The notes under the pieces are model-generated. The model ran no database searches. It saw only the letters and a program-made list of their open reading frames with translations, and had not been told where the DNA came from. A stretch of 64,000 bases of DNA, from NCBI GenBank assembly GCA_023228885.1, contig JALOAJ010000003.1, forward strand, positions 15,827 through 79,826. The letters run 5' to 3'. Shown piece after piece: positions 41,888-51,366 of this stretch. A program made the translations under genes and the position numbers. Each line of letters opens with the position of its first letter. The first letter of the stretch is position 1. Source of the DNA: Bacillota bacterium (GTDB taxonomy: Bacteria > Bacillota > Clostridia > Monoglobales > Firm-18).

Positions 41888-44626
41888 TTGACAGAGGATT
41901 ATGGCAAAACACTTAATTTGCCAAAAACTGAATTCCCCATGCGCGCAAACCTGCCGCAGCGGGAGCCGGAAATACTTAAAATGTGGGAAGATAAAGAAAT
42001 TTATAAAAGACTTATCGAGATGTGTAAGGATAAACCAAAATTTGTTTTACACGATGGCCCGCCTTATGCGAACGGCGATATTCATATCGGGCACGCTTTA
42101 AACAAAATATTAAAAGATATAGTGATTAAACAAAAAACCATGTCCGGGTATCTTTCGCCTTATGTGCCCGGGTGGGACACCCATGGTCTGCCGATAGAGC
42201 GCCAGGCAATGGAGAAAATTGAAATTAATAAAAGCGACATTTCGCCTGTTGAATTTAGACAGGTTTGTCGTGATTTCGCGCTGAAGTATGTTGAAAATCA
42301 GCGAGAGCAATTCAAAAGGCTTGGCATTTTAGGTGAATGGGACAAGCCGTATCTTACTTTAAATCCCGAATATGAAGGAAAGCAAATAGAAATATTTTGC
42401 GAAATGGCAAAGCAGGGTTTTATTTACCGCGGTTTAAAGCCTGTTTTTTGGTGCACCGATTGTGAAACTGCGCTTGCCGAGGCGGAAATAGAATATAAAG
42501 ACAGCCCCTCGCAATCTATTTATGTGAAGTTTGCCGTAAAAGATGACAAAGGCCTGTTTAAAAACTTTGGCGAAAAAGTTTTTTTCGTTATTTGGACCAC
42601 AACAACATGGACCCTGCCGGGCAATGTTGCCATATCGCTAAACCCTAACTTTGAATATTCGCTTATTAAATCGAAAGGCGAAATTTATGTTATTGCAACC
42701 GAGCTTGTCCAGTCCGTTTGCAAAGAAGCGGGGATAGATGATTTTGAAATGGTTGCAACCTTTAAGGGCAGCGACCTTGAATACATTGTGTGCGCACACC
42801 CTTTTTTAAATAGGGATTCGCTTGTAATTTTGGGGGATCATGTCACACTTGAAGCCGGTACAGGCTGTGTTCACACCGCTCCCGGCCACGGAGCGGAGGA
42901 CTATATCGCCTGTCGCGACTATGATGTGCCGATGATTGTTCCGGTTGACGGAAAAGGCTTTTTAAACGAGCATGCAGGCAAATTCGCCGGGCTTTTTTAC
43001 GAAAAAAGCAACAAAGCCATAACGGACGAGCTGCAACAGAGCGGTGCGCTGCTTGCGGCAACGGAAATTGTCCACTCATATCCGCATTGTTGGAGATGCA
43101 GTAAGCCTATTATTTATCGCGCTACCGACCAATGGTTTGCATCGGTGGAATCCTTTAAGCAAGATGCGCTTAAGGCAATTTCAAATGTGAAATGGATTCC
43201 CGCTTGGGGCGAAGAAAGAATTAGCAGCATGGTTTCCGAACGCAAGGATTGGTGCATATCAAGGCAACGCGTGTGGGGAGTTCCTATTCCGATTTTTTAT
43301 TGCGATAGCTGCAAGCAACCTATTATTGACGAGGCTGCCATAATGTCCGTTGCAAATATCTTCTCGTCGCAAGGCTCAGACGCGTGGTATTTGCTTGATG
43401 CAAAGCAGCTTTTGCCTGAAGGGTTTAGCTGCAAATGCGGCGGAGATTCTTTCACAAAAGAAACAGATACAATGGATGTGTGGTTTGACAGTGGCTCATC
43501 ACACTTGGCAGTTCTTGAAGCGCGAGAAGACTTGGCTTTTCCCGCCGACTTATATTTGGAAGGCAACGACCAATACAGGGGCTGGTTCCAATCATCCCTT
43601 TTAACATCGGTTGCAAAAAGCAAAGTTGCGCCTTACAAGGCTGTGCTGACGCATGGTTTTGTAATTGATGAAGAAAAAAGAAAAATGAGCAAATCACGCG
43701 GCAATGGGCTGCCGCCGCTTGAAATAGTTAAAGATTATGGCGCTGATATACTGCGGCTTTGGACGGCGTCTGCCGATTATAAAACAGATATTCGGATTTC
43801 AAAAGATATACTAAAACAGCTTTCTGAAGTTTACAGGAAAATAAGAAACACAGCGCGGTACATTTTAGGCTCTATTGCAGACTTTAACCCGGATATTGAT
43901 ATGGTTTCGGATTTTGACGAAATTGACAGATGGGCGCTTATGAGGCTTAGCAAGGTTGTGGAGCAGGTGAAAAAAGCGTATGATAACTATGATTATCATA
44001 TTGTTTATCATACCGTTCACAATTTTTGTGTGGTAGACCTTAGCAATATTTATCTTGATGTAATAAAGGATAAAATCTATTGCGAAAAAACAGCCTCGCA
44101 GGCAAGGAGGTCATCGCAAACCGCCATGTATTTGATATTGGACAGCCTTGTGAAGATGATAGCGCCGGTGTTGGCTTTTACCGCCGAGGAAATTTGGCAG
44201 CATATGCCCCATAAATCGGACGATAGCTTTGAAAGCATTTGGTTTGCATCATTGCCGGATGTCAATAAACAGCATCAAGATGACGAACTGGAAGAAAAGT
44301 GGGAAAAGATTTTAAAAATAAGGGATATTGCCTCCAAAGAGCTTGAACTTGCACGAAAGGAAAAGCTTATAGGCAGCTCTCTTGATGCAAATGTATCTAT
44401 CCTTGCAAACGGGGATGACTATGAGTTTATATCCTTAATAATCAACGAGCTTGCGCCGATTTTAATTGTTTCGGGCGTCACCTTGGAAAAAGCCGATACG
44501 GAGGAAATAACAGTTAAAGTTTCTCCCGCAACGGGTGAAAAATGTGCGCGATGCTGGACATTCACAAATGATGTAGGTGCAGAGCATCAGCATTTATGTA
44601 AAAGATGCGCAAATGTTTTAAAATAA
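41888..44626 (+). CDS. ileS: isoleucine--tRNA ligase (type 1, C-terminal zinc finger)
   Basis: HIGH ([15 protein letters not shown]), KMSKS, the CP1 editing region, and C-terminal CARCW...CKRC. TTG start lies 11 nt after AGGAG. Confidence 0.95.
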   Translation: MTEDYGKTLNLPKTEFPMRANLPQREPEILKMWEDKEIYKRLIEMCKDKPKFVLHDGPPYANGDIHIGHALNKILKDIVIKQKTMSGYLSPYVPGWDTHGLPIERQAMEKIEINKSDISPVEFRQVCRDFALKYVENQREQFKRLGILGEWDKPYLTLNPEYEGKQIEIFCEMAKQGFIYRGLKPVFWCTDCETALAEAEIEYKDSPSQSIYVKFAVKDDKGLFKNFGEKVFFVIWTTTTWTLPGNVAISLNPNFEYSLIKSKGEIYVIATELVQSVCKEAGIDDFEMVATFKGSDLEYIVCAHPFLNRDSLVILGDHVTLEAGTGCVHTAPGHGAEDYIACRDYDVPMIVPVDGKGFLNEHAGKFAGLFYEKSNKAITDELQQSGALLAATEIVHSYPHCWRCSKPIIYRATDQWFASVESFKQDALKAISNVKWIPAWGEERISSMVSERKDWCISRQRVWGVPIPIFYCDSCKQPIIDEAAIMSVANIFSSQGSDAWYLLDAKQLLPEGFSCKCGGDSFTKETDTMDVWFDSGSSHLAVLEAREDLAFPADLYLEGNDQYRGWFQSSLLTSVAKSKVAPYKAVLTHGFVIDEEKRKMSKSRGNGLPPLEIVKDYGADILRLWTASADYKTDIRISKDILKQLSEVYRKIRNTARYILGSIADFNPDIDMVSDFDEIDRWALMRLSKVVEQVKKAYDNYDYHIVYHTVHNFCVVDLSNIYLDVIKDKIYCEKTASQARRSSQTAMYLILDSLVKMIAPVLAFTAEEIWQHMPHKSDDSFESIWFASLPDVNKQHQDDELEEKWEKILKIRDIASKELELARKEKLIGSSLDANVSILANGDDYEFISLIINELAPILIVSGVTLEKADTEEITVKVSPATGEKCARCWTFTNDVGAEHQHLCKRCANVLK

Positions 44627-44661
44627 AATGTTGATTTTTCTTATTGAAAGGGGATGCTGGC

Positions 44662-45078
44662 ATGAAAAGCTTTCGTAGGGTTTTGCACATTAACACCCGC
44701 AAAAGGCGTGAGTATATAAACATAACGCCTGATGTGGAAAAAGCGCTTGAGGAAAGCGGAATAAAAGAGGGCTTTGTGTTGGTAAATGCAATGAACATTA
44801 CGGCAAGCGTTTTTATAAATGATGATGAGAATGGCTTACATTCCGATTTTGAGGTTTTTTTAGAGCGCCTTGCCCCGGAAAAGCCGCATAGCCAATATAA
44901 ACACAATGGTTATGAGGATAATGCGGATGCACATCTTAAAAGGCAAATCATGGGGCGTGAAGCCGTTGTAGCCATAACGAAAGGAAAACTGGATTTTGGC
45001 ACATGGGAACAAATTTTTTACGGAGAGTTTGACGGCAAAAGAGATAAAAAGGTGCTTATAAAAATAATAGGAGATTAG
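44662..45078 (+). CDS. yjbQ: YjbQ/UPF0047 family protein (secondary thiamine-phosphate synthase)
   Basis: [14 protein letters not shown]..., [15 protein letters not shown] and [13 protein letters not shown] motifs. Confidence 0.8.
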   Translation: MKSFRRVLHINTRKRREYINITPDVEKALEESGIKEGFVLVNAMNITASVFINDDENGLHSDFEVFLERLAPEKPHSQYKHNGYEDNADAHLKRQIMGREAVVAITKGKLDFGTWEQIFYGEFDGKRDKKVLIKIIGD

Positions 45079-45308
45079 CTGAAATTTTGCCCCTATAATG
45101 ACGAATTTACTTTATCATAGCGGCAATGGCGCCCAAAATATGATGTATCAATGACTAAAAAGGTTTATGCCAAGGGCTTTGTTGCTGTAAAAAATGTAAA
45201 GTTGCACAATTATTGATATTAATTAGGGCTTTTATTTGAAAATTTTGCAGTAAAAGTTATGAAATATATATAAAAAATAGAAAATACTCGATTTTTTTAA
45301 ATAAACAC

Positions 45309-45337
45309 TTGAATTAAGGCGTGAATAGTGGTACAAT
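45309..45337 (+). promoter_or_regulatory. sigma-A promoter for hup (extended -10)
   Basis: TTGAAT (45309-45314), 17-nt spacer ending in TGG, TACAAT (45332-45337). Confidence 0.5.
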
Positions 45338-45375
45338 TCAGTTGTCAATTTTTAATAATTATAGGAGGTAAACGA

Positions 45376-45648
45376 ATGAACAGAATGGAACTGGTATCAG
45401 CAATAGCAGAAAAAGCAGGTATGACAAAAAAGGATTCCGAAGCAGCACTTAGCGCAACTATCGAAGCAATAACCAATACATTAAAAAAAGGTGAAAAAGT
45501 TCAATTGGTTGGCTTTGGCACATTTGAAACACGCCAAAGGGCTGCCCGTGAGGGAAGAAACCCTCAAACAGGCGCAAAAATCAAAATCGATGCTACAACA
45601 AGCCCGGTATTTAGAGCAGGCAAGGCTTTAAAAGACGCAATAAAATAA
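45376..45648 (+). CDS. hup: DNA-binding protein HU
   Basis: MNRMELVSAIAEKAGMTKKDSEAAL...GFGTFETRQRAAREGRNPQTGAKIKI. AGGAGG RBS before ATG 45376. Confidence 0.95.
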   Translation: MNRMELVSAIAEKAGMTKKDSEAALSATIEAITNTLKKGEKVQLVGFGTFETRQRAAREGRNPQTGAKIKIDATTSPVFRAGKALKDAIK

Positions 45649-45692
45649 TACATTAAATTTTAATGTATTAGGGTGAAAAATAAAAATGTTAA

Positions 45693-45735
45693 AAACTTAT
45701 TGGGGCAACTTTAAGTAGCCTTGATAAGTTTTTTT
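45693..45735 (+). terminator. intrinsic terminator after hup
   Basis: AACTTATTGG...CCTTGATAAGTT is an imperfect stem followed by a T7 run. A second AT-only palindrome TAATACATTAAA/TTTAATGTATTA sits at 45647-45671. Confidence 0.55.
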
Positions 45736-45787
45736 CATTTATTTTGCTGATGACATTCTGCTGCAAAACCCCAATATAAGCAATTAA

Positions 45788-45815
45788 TTGACAATTTCGT
45801 AAAAAACAGTATAAT
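45788..45815 (+). promoter_or_regulatory. sigma-A promoter for the lipoprotein gene pair
   Basis: TTGACA (45788-45793), 16-nt spacer, TATAAT (45810-45815). Confidence 0.55.
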
Positions 45816-45867
45816 AGTTATATTAATACATATTGAAAAAATTTATTATAAAACAAAGGAGCTTTTT

Positions 45868-46332
45868 ATGAAAAGACTTTTTATAATGTGTTTACTATTT
45901 ATGTTGCTTTGTTCGGGCTGCAAAAATTCTAAATGGGATAATGATATGACAGATTTGCATAACTATAATCGCCTTTATTTGGAGCTGTTAGAACCGATTG
46001 TGGGGGATAATGTGAAAAGATATAGCAACAATGATTTACTTGTGTATGTCAGAGAAATTGAAAAAGATGAAAAGTGGCTTCAAATGCAGGATATACTCCG
46101 GCAGATGGAACCAACGATTAGATACGCCGGCGAAGCTAAACATATCCAGTCATTTTTTGCTCGAGACTATAACAAAAATATTCAAGCATTAATTAAATGC
46201 GTTCAAACAGGCGATGAAGAAGGCATAGATACAATAGAAAAGATGACAGACGAAGAACATCGCTACTTATTAGATATGATTATTAACATAAACATAGTAG
46301 GATATGTTAATGTTAGAAATGACATGAGATAA
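45868..46332 (+). CDS. hypothetical lipoprotein (paralog 1)
   Basis: Signal peptide with lipobox LLCSGC. AAGGAG RBS. It shares the YLELLEPI.GD.V.RY..N.DLLV..R.IEKDEKWL.MQDIL block with the next ORF. No family recognised. Confidence 0.6.
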   Translation: MKRLFIMCLLFMLLCSGCKNSKWDNDMTDLHNYNRLYLELLEPIVGDNVKRYSNNDLLVYVREIEKDEKWLQMQDILRQMEPTIRYAGEAKHIQSFFARDYNKNIQALIKCVQTGDEEGIDTIEKMTDEEHRYLLDMIININIVGYVNVRNDMR

Positions 46333-46423
46333 TCGAATATATTGATTCTGTAATTCATGCCAACAACAATCGTATTAATACAATTGAGGGGATAGATTTT
46401 ATCATAAAATAAAGGAGCTTTCT

Positions 46424-46912
46424 ATGAAAAAGTTTTTTGCAATATGTTTGATATGTGTGTTTATTTGTGCGGGCTGTAAAAGCTCCGAACATAAAGCTGA
46501 TTATACAGAGAAAAGCAAATACTATCTGCTTTATTTAGAACTGTTAGAGCCGATTTTTGGGGATTATGTTGAAAGATATGATAATAATAATGACTTGCTT
46601 GTAAAAATAAGAAAAATTGAAAAAGATGAAAAGTGGCTTAAAATGCAGGATATACTATGGCAGCTAAAGCAAATGTGGCTAAACATGAAGGAAAATGAAG
46701 GTTCATTTATTATTTCTATAATGGTAGATAACAATGATGTTCAAAGATTAATTGAATTTGTTAATATGTGTGATGGGACTGGAGCTGATACAATAGAAAA
46801 GATGACAGAGAAACAACGCTACGGCCTTGGCATAACAAAAGTCTCAAACAGAGTAAACTACGACAGCATAAAAAAAAATATGGAACAATGTGAAAAGATA
46901 TGGCAACAATGA
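46424..46912 (+). CDS. hypothetical lipoprotein (paralog 2)
   Basis: Lipobox FICAGC. The RBS and 5' UTR are nearly the same as for paralog 1. An A9 tract lies at 46870-46878 near the 3' end. Confidence 0.6.
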   Translation: MKKFFAICLICVFICAGCKSSEHKADYTEKSKYYLLYLELLEPIFGDYVERYDNNNDLLVKIRKIEKDEKWLKMQDILWQLKQMWLNMKENEGSFIISIMVDNNDVQRLIEFVNMCDGTGADTIEKMTEKQRYGLGITKVSNRVNYDSIKKNMEQCEKIWQQ

Positions 46913-47039
46913 TTTGTGGAAAACAGGACTGCTTTTTGTGCCCGAAAGGACAAAAGCATACTCCATGACATGTGTGGGATTGACGGGTATTTGTTGCCGA
47001 TATTGGTTCGCTTTTGTAACAATGAAGAAAGGTGGCATT

Positions 47040-48131
47040 ATGGATATTTTACATTTTTTTGACAGAAACCGCATAATTTGCCAAGCGCAAAAGGCTTTAG
47101 CGGTAAAACCACGATATATTACCGATTTTTCGGCTAAAATGAGCGAGGGCGGTATACATGATTATTATTCCAACGGTGATTACTGGTGGCCAAACCCCAA
47201 CACAGCAAACGGCTTGCCTTATGTGCGGCTGGACGGCAAGTCAAACCCCAATGCTTTTATGCATCACCGAAACATTTTAAGGGAAATGAGAACAAGCGTA
47301 TCGCATCTTGCCGCCGGATATAAAATAACAAAAGATGAAAAATATGCGTCCAGGGCATCGATTATTCTAAACAATTTTTTTCTGGCGAAAGAATCGAAAA
47401 TGAATCCCTCTTTGTTATATGCGCAAGCTGTTCCGGGCTTATACAGCGGCAGGGGAATTGGAATTATCGACACTTTGCATTTGGCTGAGGTTCCGTTTGC
47501 TGTAAACGCGCTTAAAAGCTCTTTGCACATGACAGATGAATTATTGATGGGGCTAAAAAAGTGGTTCTCCGATTACCTTAATTGGATGACTGCTCATAGT
47601 TATGGAATTTCAGAAATGAACGAAAAAAATAATCATGGAATTTGTTGGCATGTGCAAGCGGCTTCGTTTGCTTTATTTGTCGGTAATGAACAGATGGTTG
47701 ATTTTTGTCGTAAACAGTATAAAAATGTGTTGCTTGGGCAAATGGCGGCGGACGGAAGCTTTACAAAGGAGCTTGCAAGGACAAAACCTTACGGTTACTC
47801 TATTTTTACATTGGACAACTTGTTAATTTTATGCCACATTTTATTTAAAAAAGAAAATGACTTATGGAATTATGAGCTAAATGGCAAAGGTGCGCGCAGG
47901 GGAATGGAATTTCTTTATCCATACCTGATTGATAAAACAACTTGGCCTTATAAAAAGGACATTCAACATTTTGAATGTTGGCCTGTCGCAATGGCATCTT
48001 TTCTTTTTGCCGGCTTAGGGCTTGGGGAGCAAAAGTATGTAAAGCTGTGGCAAAGCCTTGACCCGGAGCCGACCAATTGGGAAGTAAGGCGTAATATGAC
48101 AGTACGGCAGCCGTTGTTATGGCTCGGGTAG
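47040..48131 (+). CDS. alginate-lyase-domain family protein (alpha/alpha toroid polysaccharide lyase-like); no signal peptide
   Basis: HDYYSNGDYWWPNP...GLPYVRLDGKSNP and NNHGICWHVQAASFALF resemble the alginate_lyase (PL5-like) domain. GGTGG RBS before ATG 47040. The ORF frame stays open upstream to 46872. Confidence 0.6.
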   Translation: MDILHFFDRNRIICQAQKALAVKPRYITDFSAKMSEGGIHDYYSNGDYWWPNPNTANGLPYVRLDGKSNPNAFMHHRNILREMRTSVSHLAAGYKITKDEKYASRASIILNNFFLAKESKMNPSLLYAQAVPGLYSGRGIGIIDTLHLAEVPFAVNALKSSLHMTDELLMGLKKWFSDYLNWMTAHSYGISEMNEKNNHGICWHVQAASFALFVGNEQMVDFCRKQYKNVLLGQMAADGSFTKELARTKPYGYSIFTLDNLLILCHILFKKENDLWNYELNGKGARRGMEFLYPYLIDKTTWPYKKDIQHFECWPVAMASFLFAGLGLGEQKYVKLWQSLDPEPTNWEVRRNMTVRQPLLWLG

Positions 48132-48238
48132 TGCACGGGCTGATAGAAATATCTCGAAATATGCCTGAATTTGAAAAATAACGGAACCATATTCAACTAA
48201 TCAAAATATCCCCATAATATATGGCGATTATTTTTTAG

Positions 48239-48267
48239 TTGACATCTATTCGCAATTGGGTTATAAT
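48239..48267 (+). promoter_or_regulatory. consensus sigma-A promoter of the hyd maturation operon
   Basis: TTGACA (48239-48244), 17-nt spacer, TATAAT (48262-48267). Both hexamers are perfect. Confidence 0.65.
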
Positions 48268-48473
48268 AATAAAATAATTTGCTTTAACATTATTATAGCA
48301 CCGTGCATTTGCTTGTGAGTTTGCACTTGGGAATGTATGGCGAATATGGATTTCTGACCGTGAAGTATATTCTAAGCGGAAAGAGGGTTATAAATACGCT
48401 TATTTTAATTTGTTTAAAAACTCTTTTTTCGTTTTGAAAAAAGAGTTTTTTTATATTTAAGGAGGAAAAAGCT
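48268..48473 (+). promoter_or_regulatory. structured 5' leader (candidate attenuator or riboswitch of unknown class)
   Basis: About 200 nt lie between the promoter and the RBS. Local hairpins are GTGCA/TGCAC (48303-48325) and TAAGCG/CGCTTA (48373-48402), and the leader ends in the strong terminator at 48416-48452. Confidence 0.4.
48416..48452 (+). terminator. intrinsic terminator inside the hyd leader
   Basis: AACTCTTTTTTC (48419-48430) pairs perfectly with GAAAAAAGAGTT (48436-48447) and is extendable by A/T pairs. The loop is gtttt and a T-run follows. AAGGAGG RBS is at 48459-48465. Confidence 0.7.
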
Positions 48474-48731
48474 ATGGATAAAAGAATTGGTATTGTAGGC
48501 ATCGTTATTGAAGAACTTTCGTTTGTAAACCGTGTTAACGAAGCTTTGCATGAACACGCAAATCTTGTTGTGGGGAGGCTGGGGCTGCCATATAAGGAAA
48601 GGGGCGTATCGGTTATATCGTTGATTGTAGACGGCACAAATGATGAAATTAGCGCGCTCACAGGAAAACTTGGCAGGATAAAAGGCGTATCTGCAAAATC
48701 AATGATAACAAAAAGCATGAAAAATAATTAA
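48474..48731 (+). CDS. TM1266-family putative iron-only hydrogenase system regulator (ACT/NikR-C-like)
   Basis: 85 aa. RIGIVGIVIE...VNEALHEHANLVVGRLGLPYKERGVSVISLIVDGT.DEISALTGKLGRIKGV. It lies immediately upstream of hydG-hydE-hydF, as is typical for this family. Confidence 0.7.
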   Translation: MDKRIGIVGIVIEELSFVNRVNEALHEHANLVVGRLGLPYKERGVSVISLIVDGTNDEISALTGKLGRIKGVSAKSMITKSMKNN

Positions 48732-48749
48732 CTGAGGGGTTGTTTTATT

Positions 48750-50201
48750 ATGAGTTTTCTTAAAAAATACCGAAAAGAATTTGAAGAGCTGGATAAGCTG
48801 GAAAGGGATTTTATTGACGACGATAAAATATGGGAGCAATTAAACAGACACGAAAATCCCTCTAAAAGCAAGGTTCGTCAGGTTTTAAAAAAAGCTGCGG
48901 ATTGTATAAGATTAGAGCCTGACGAAGTAGCGGTGCTGATTCAAAATAAGGACGAAGAAACGATAAAGGAAATGTATGAGCTTGCCTATCAGTTGAAGCA
49001 GGAAGTATATGGCGACCGAATTGTTTTCTTTGCGCCCCTTTACATAAGTGACGAATGTGCAAACAATTGCAAATACTGCGGTTTTAGAAACAGCAATACA
49101 GCCATACACCGCAAAACGCTTACAATGGACGAAATTGAGGACGAAGTGAAAATAATGATTGAGGAAGGGCAAAAACGCACCGTCCTTGTTTACGGAGAAT
49201 CGCCTGCAACCGAGGTGGATTTCATGTGCGAAACTGTTAAAAAAGTTTATAGTGTGAAAACACAAAACGGAGAAATTCGGCGCGCCAATATCAACTGCGC
49301 ACCGCTTGGGGTTGACGAGCTAAAAAAACTTAAAAATGCCGGAATTGGCACATTTCAGGTATTTCAAGAAACATATCATCATGAAACATATAAAAAAGTT
49401 CACCCGGCAGGAACTATAAAAGGGCATTATCGTTGGCGTTTATATGCAATGGACAGAGCGTTGCAGGCAGGTGTGGACGATTGCGGAATAGGGGTTTTGT
49501 TCGGGCTTTACGATTGGCGCTTTGAAGTTATGGGGCTTTTATACCACACGATTCATCTTGAGAAAACTTTTAAAGGCGTTGGACCGCACACAATATCCTT
49601 TCCCCGCATAACCCCTGCCACAGGAACTCCTTTTTCGGTGAACCCGAAATATGCAGTAAGCGATAACGATTTCAAAAAGCTGATTGCCATCTTAAGGTTA
49701 TCCGTGCCGTATACAGGTCTTATCTGCACCGCGCGGGAATCGGTGCAAGTTCGCAAGGAGGTTATTCCGCTCGGCGTATCGCAGATAGATGCAGGAACAC
49801 GAATTGGCGTGGGCGCTTATTCAAAATCTAAGGAGGCAAATAAACTCCCCGATAAGGAGCAATTTTCAATTTGTGACCCTCGCTCTTTAGGCGATGTGGT
49901 AAAAGAAATTTGCGATATGGGCAACATTCCTTCGTTTTGCACCGCTTGTTATCGGGCGGGGAGAACCGGTGAGGAATTCATGAAGGTTGCAAAATCAAGG
50001 TTTGTACATAATTTTTGCATCCCTAACGCTATTTTTACCTTTAAGGAGTATCTATTGGATTACGCTTCCGGGGAAACCAAAACAAAAGGCGAAAGCATAA
50101 TCGAAAAACATCTTGAACTTTTAAAAAACCAGCCTGTTTATGACAAGGCGTTGCTTATACTTAAAAGGCTGGAGAGCGGGGAAAGGGATTTGCGCTTATA
50201 A
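48750..50201 (+). CDS. hydG: [FeFe]-hydrogenase H-cluster radical SAM maturase HydG
   Basis: 483 aa. Radical SAM CANNCKYCGF and C-terminal auxiliary-cluster motif CTACYRAGRTGEEFM. Confidence 0.9.
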   Translation: MSFLKKYRKEFEELDKLERDFIDDDKIWEQLNRHENPSKSKVRQVLKKAADCIRLEPDEVAVLIQNKDEETIKEMYELAYQLKQEVYGDRIVFFAPLYISDECANNCKYCGFRNSNTAIHRKTLTMDEIEDEVKIMIEEGQKRTVLVYGESPATEVDFMCETVKKVYSVKTQNGEIRRANINCAPLGVDELKKLKNAGIGTFQVFQETYHHETYKKVHPAGTIKGHYRWRLYAMDRALQAGVDDCGIGVLFGLYDWRFEVMGLLYHTIHLEKTFKGVGPHTISFPRITPATGTPFSVNPKYAVSDNDFKKLIAILRLSVPYTGLICTARESVQVRKEVIPLGVSQIDAGTRIGVGAYSKSKEANKLPDKEQFSICDPRSLGDVVKEICDMGNIPSFCTACYRAGRTGEEFMKVAKSRFVHNFCIPNAIFTFKEYLLDYASGETKTKGESIIEKHLELLKNQPVYDKALLILKRLESGERDLRL

Positions 50202-50203
50202 AG

Positions 50204-51280
50204 ATGAAAGAATTAAACGGATTTTACGGAACAGATAAAAAGAAGATGTCGGAAAAAATAAAATATTTATGCGAAAGCGCCACAAACGAGGAAATAAGCG
50301 CTTTTACCTTGCATGCGTGTGAACTGAGAAATCAGCATTATGGGGCGCAAGTGTTTTTTCGAGGTCTTATCGAGTTTAGCAACTATTGCAAAAACGATTG
50401 TTATTATTGCGGGATAAGGCGCAACAATCAAAATGCGGTTAGGTATCGCATGTCTGAAGAAGAAATTCTTAAGTCCTGCGCAAAAGGATATGATATCGGA
50501 TTTCGCACCTTTGTATTGCAAAGCGGTGAGGATTCATATTTTTCGGAAAACAAATTGCGCTCGCTGGTATATAAAATTAAAACTTGCTTTCCGGATTGCG
50601 CCATAACCCTTTCGACCGGTGAATTGAGCCGCGATACATATAAAAGGCTTTATGACGCAGGGGCTGACCGCTACCTTTTACGGCATGAGACGGCGAACGA
50701 AAAGCATTACCAAATGTTGCATCCGTCTGAATTAAGCCTTAAAAATCGTAAGGAATGCTTATACAACCTCAAAGAAATCGGTTATCAGGTTGGCGCCGGG
50801 TTCATGGTGGATTCGCCTTATCAGACATACGACATTTTGGCGGAGAATTTGATATTTCTTCGCGAGCTTCAGCCTCATATGATTGGAATAGGTCCATTTA
50901 TACCGCACAAGGATACAAAGTTTGCAAACTATGGAAAGCCCACAATTTACAAAACAATTATTATGCTGTCGCTTGTCAGAATTATGGTGCCGAAAGCATT
51001 AATTCCGGCAACGACAGCGCTAAATACGGTTGATGCTTCAGCTCGTGATAAAGGTTTTTTTGCAGGGGCAAATGTAATCATGCCTAACCTGACGCCAAAG
51101 CAATACCGAAAAAATTATCAGCTATACGATAATAAATTGTGCAGCGGCATGGAAGCATCGGAAAATTTGTCAAGCTTGTTAAACTCAATCAGAAATATAA
51201 ACATGATTCCTAATTTATCTCGGGGTGATCATGTAGATAAAATAAAGGATGGTATAAGCGTGCAATGTAGGAGACTTTAG
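50204..51280 (+). CDS. hydE: [FeFe]-hydrogenase H-cluster radical SAM maturase HydE
   Basis: 358 aa. CKNDCYYCGIRRNNQNAVRYRMSEEEIL...VLQSGED matches the HydE pattern. Confidence 0.9.
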   Translation: MKELNGFYGTDKKKMSEKIKYLCESATNEEISAFTLHACELRNQHYGAQVFFRGLIEFSNYCKNDCYYCGIRRNNQNAVRYRMSEEEILKSCAKGYDIGFRTFVLQSGEDSYFSENKLRSLVYKIKTCFPDCAITLSTGELSRDTYKRLYDAGADRYLLRHETANEKHYQMLHPSELSLKNRKECLYNLKEIGYQVGAGFMVDSPYQTYDILAENLIFLRELQPHMIGIGPFIPHKDTKFANYGKPTIYKTIIMLSLVRIMVPKALIPATTALNTVDASARDKGFFAGANVIMPNLTPKQYRKNYQLYDNKLCSGMEASENLSSLLNSIRNINMIPNLSRGDHVDKIKDGISVQCRRL

Positions 51281-51295
51281 CATGTGAGCATTCTT

Positions 51296-51323
51296 GCGCC
51301 TTATCCGGCTCACGATAAGGCGC
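51296..51323 (+). other. GC-rich hairpin between hydE and hydF (no T-run)
   Basis: GCGCCTTATC (51296-51305) pairs with GATAAGGCGC (51314-51323). The loop cggctcac is complementary to GTGAGC at 51284-51289 and to GTGAGCC at 51348-51354. Confidence 0.5.
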
Positions 51324-51366
51324 GCAACTAAATTAATTTAAATTTTTGTGAGCCAGAAAGGCTAAT

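Noticed and set aside
46890-47039. GTG 46890 as the start of the lyase-like gene (413-aa version in the track)
   Set aside because: It has no RBS and overlaps lipoprotein 2. The added 50 residues are Cys- and Trp-rich and not signal-peptide-like. ATG 47040 has a GGTGG RBS and begins where the alginate-lyase-like homology starts. The open frame is nevertheless kept as a finding because of the A9 tract.
48293-48718. 141-aa minus-strand ORF opposite the hyd leader and the TM1266 gene
   Set aside because: This is a shadow ORF antisense to a well-supported + strand gene and its promoter, with no RBS. The same reasoning applies to other long antisense ORFs, for example 35588-36124, 29368-29874, 62452-62961, 4049-4564 and 20166-20645.
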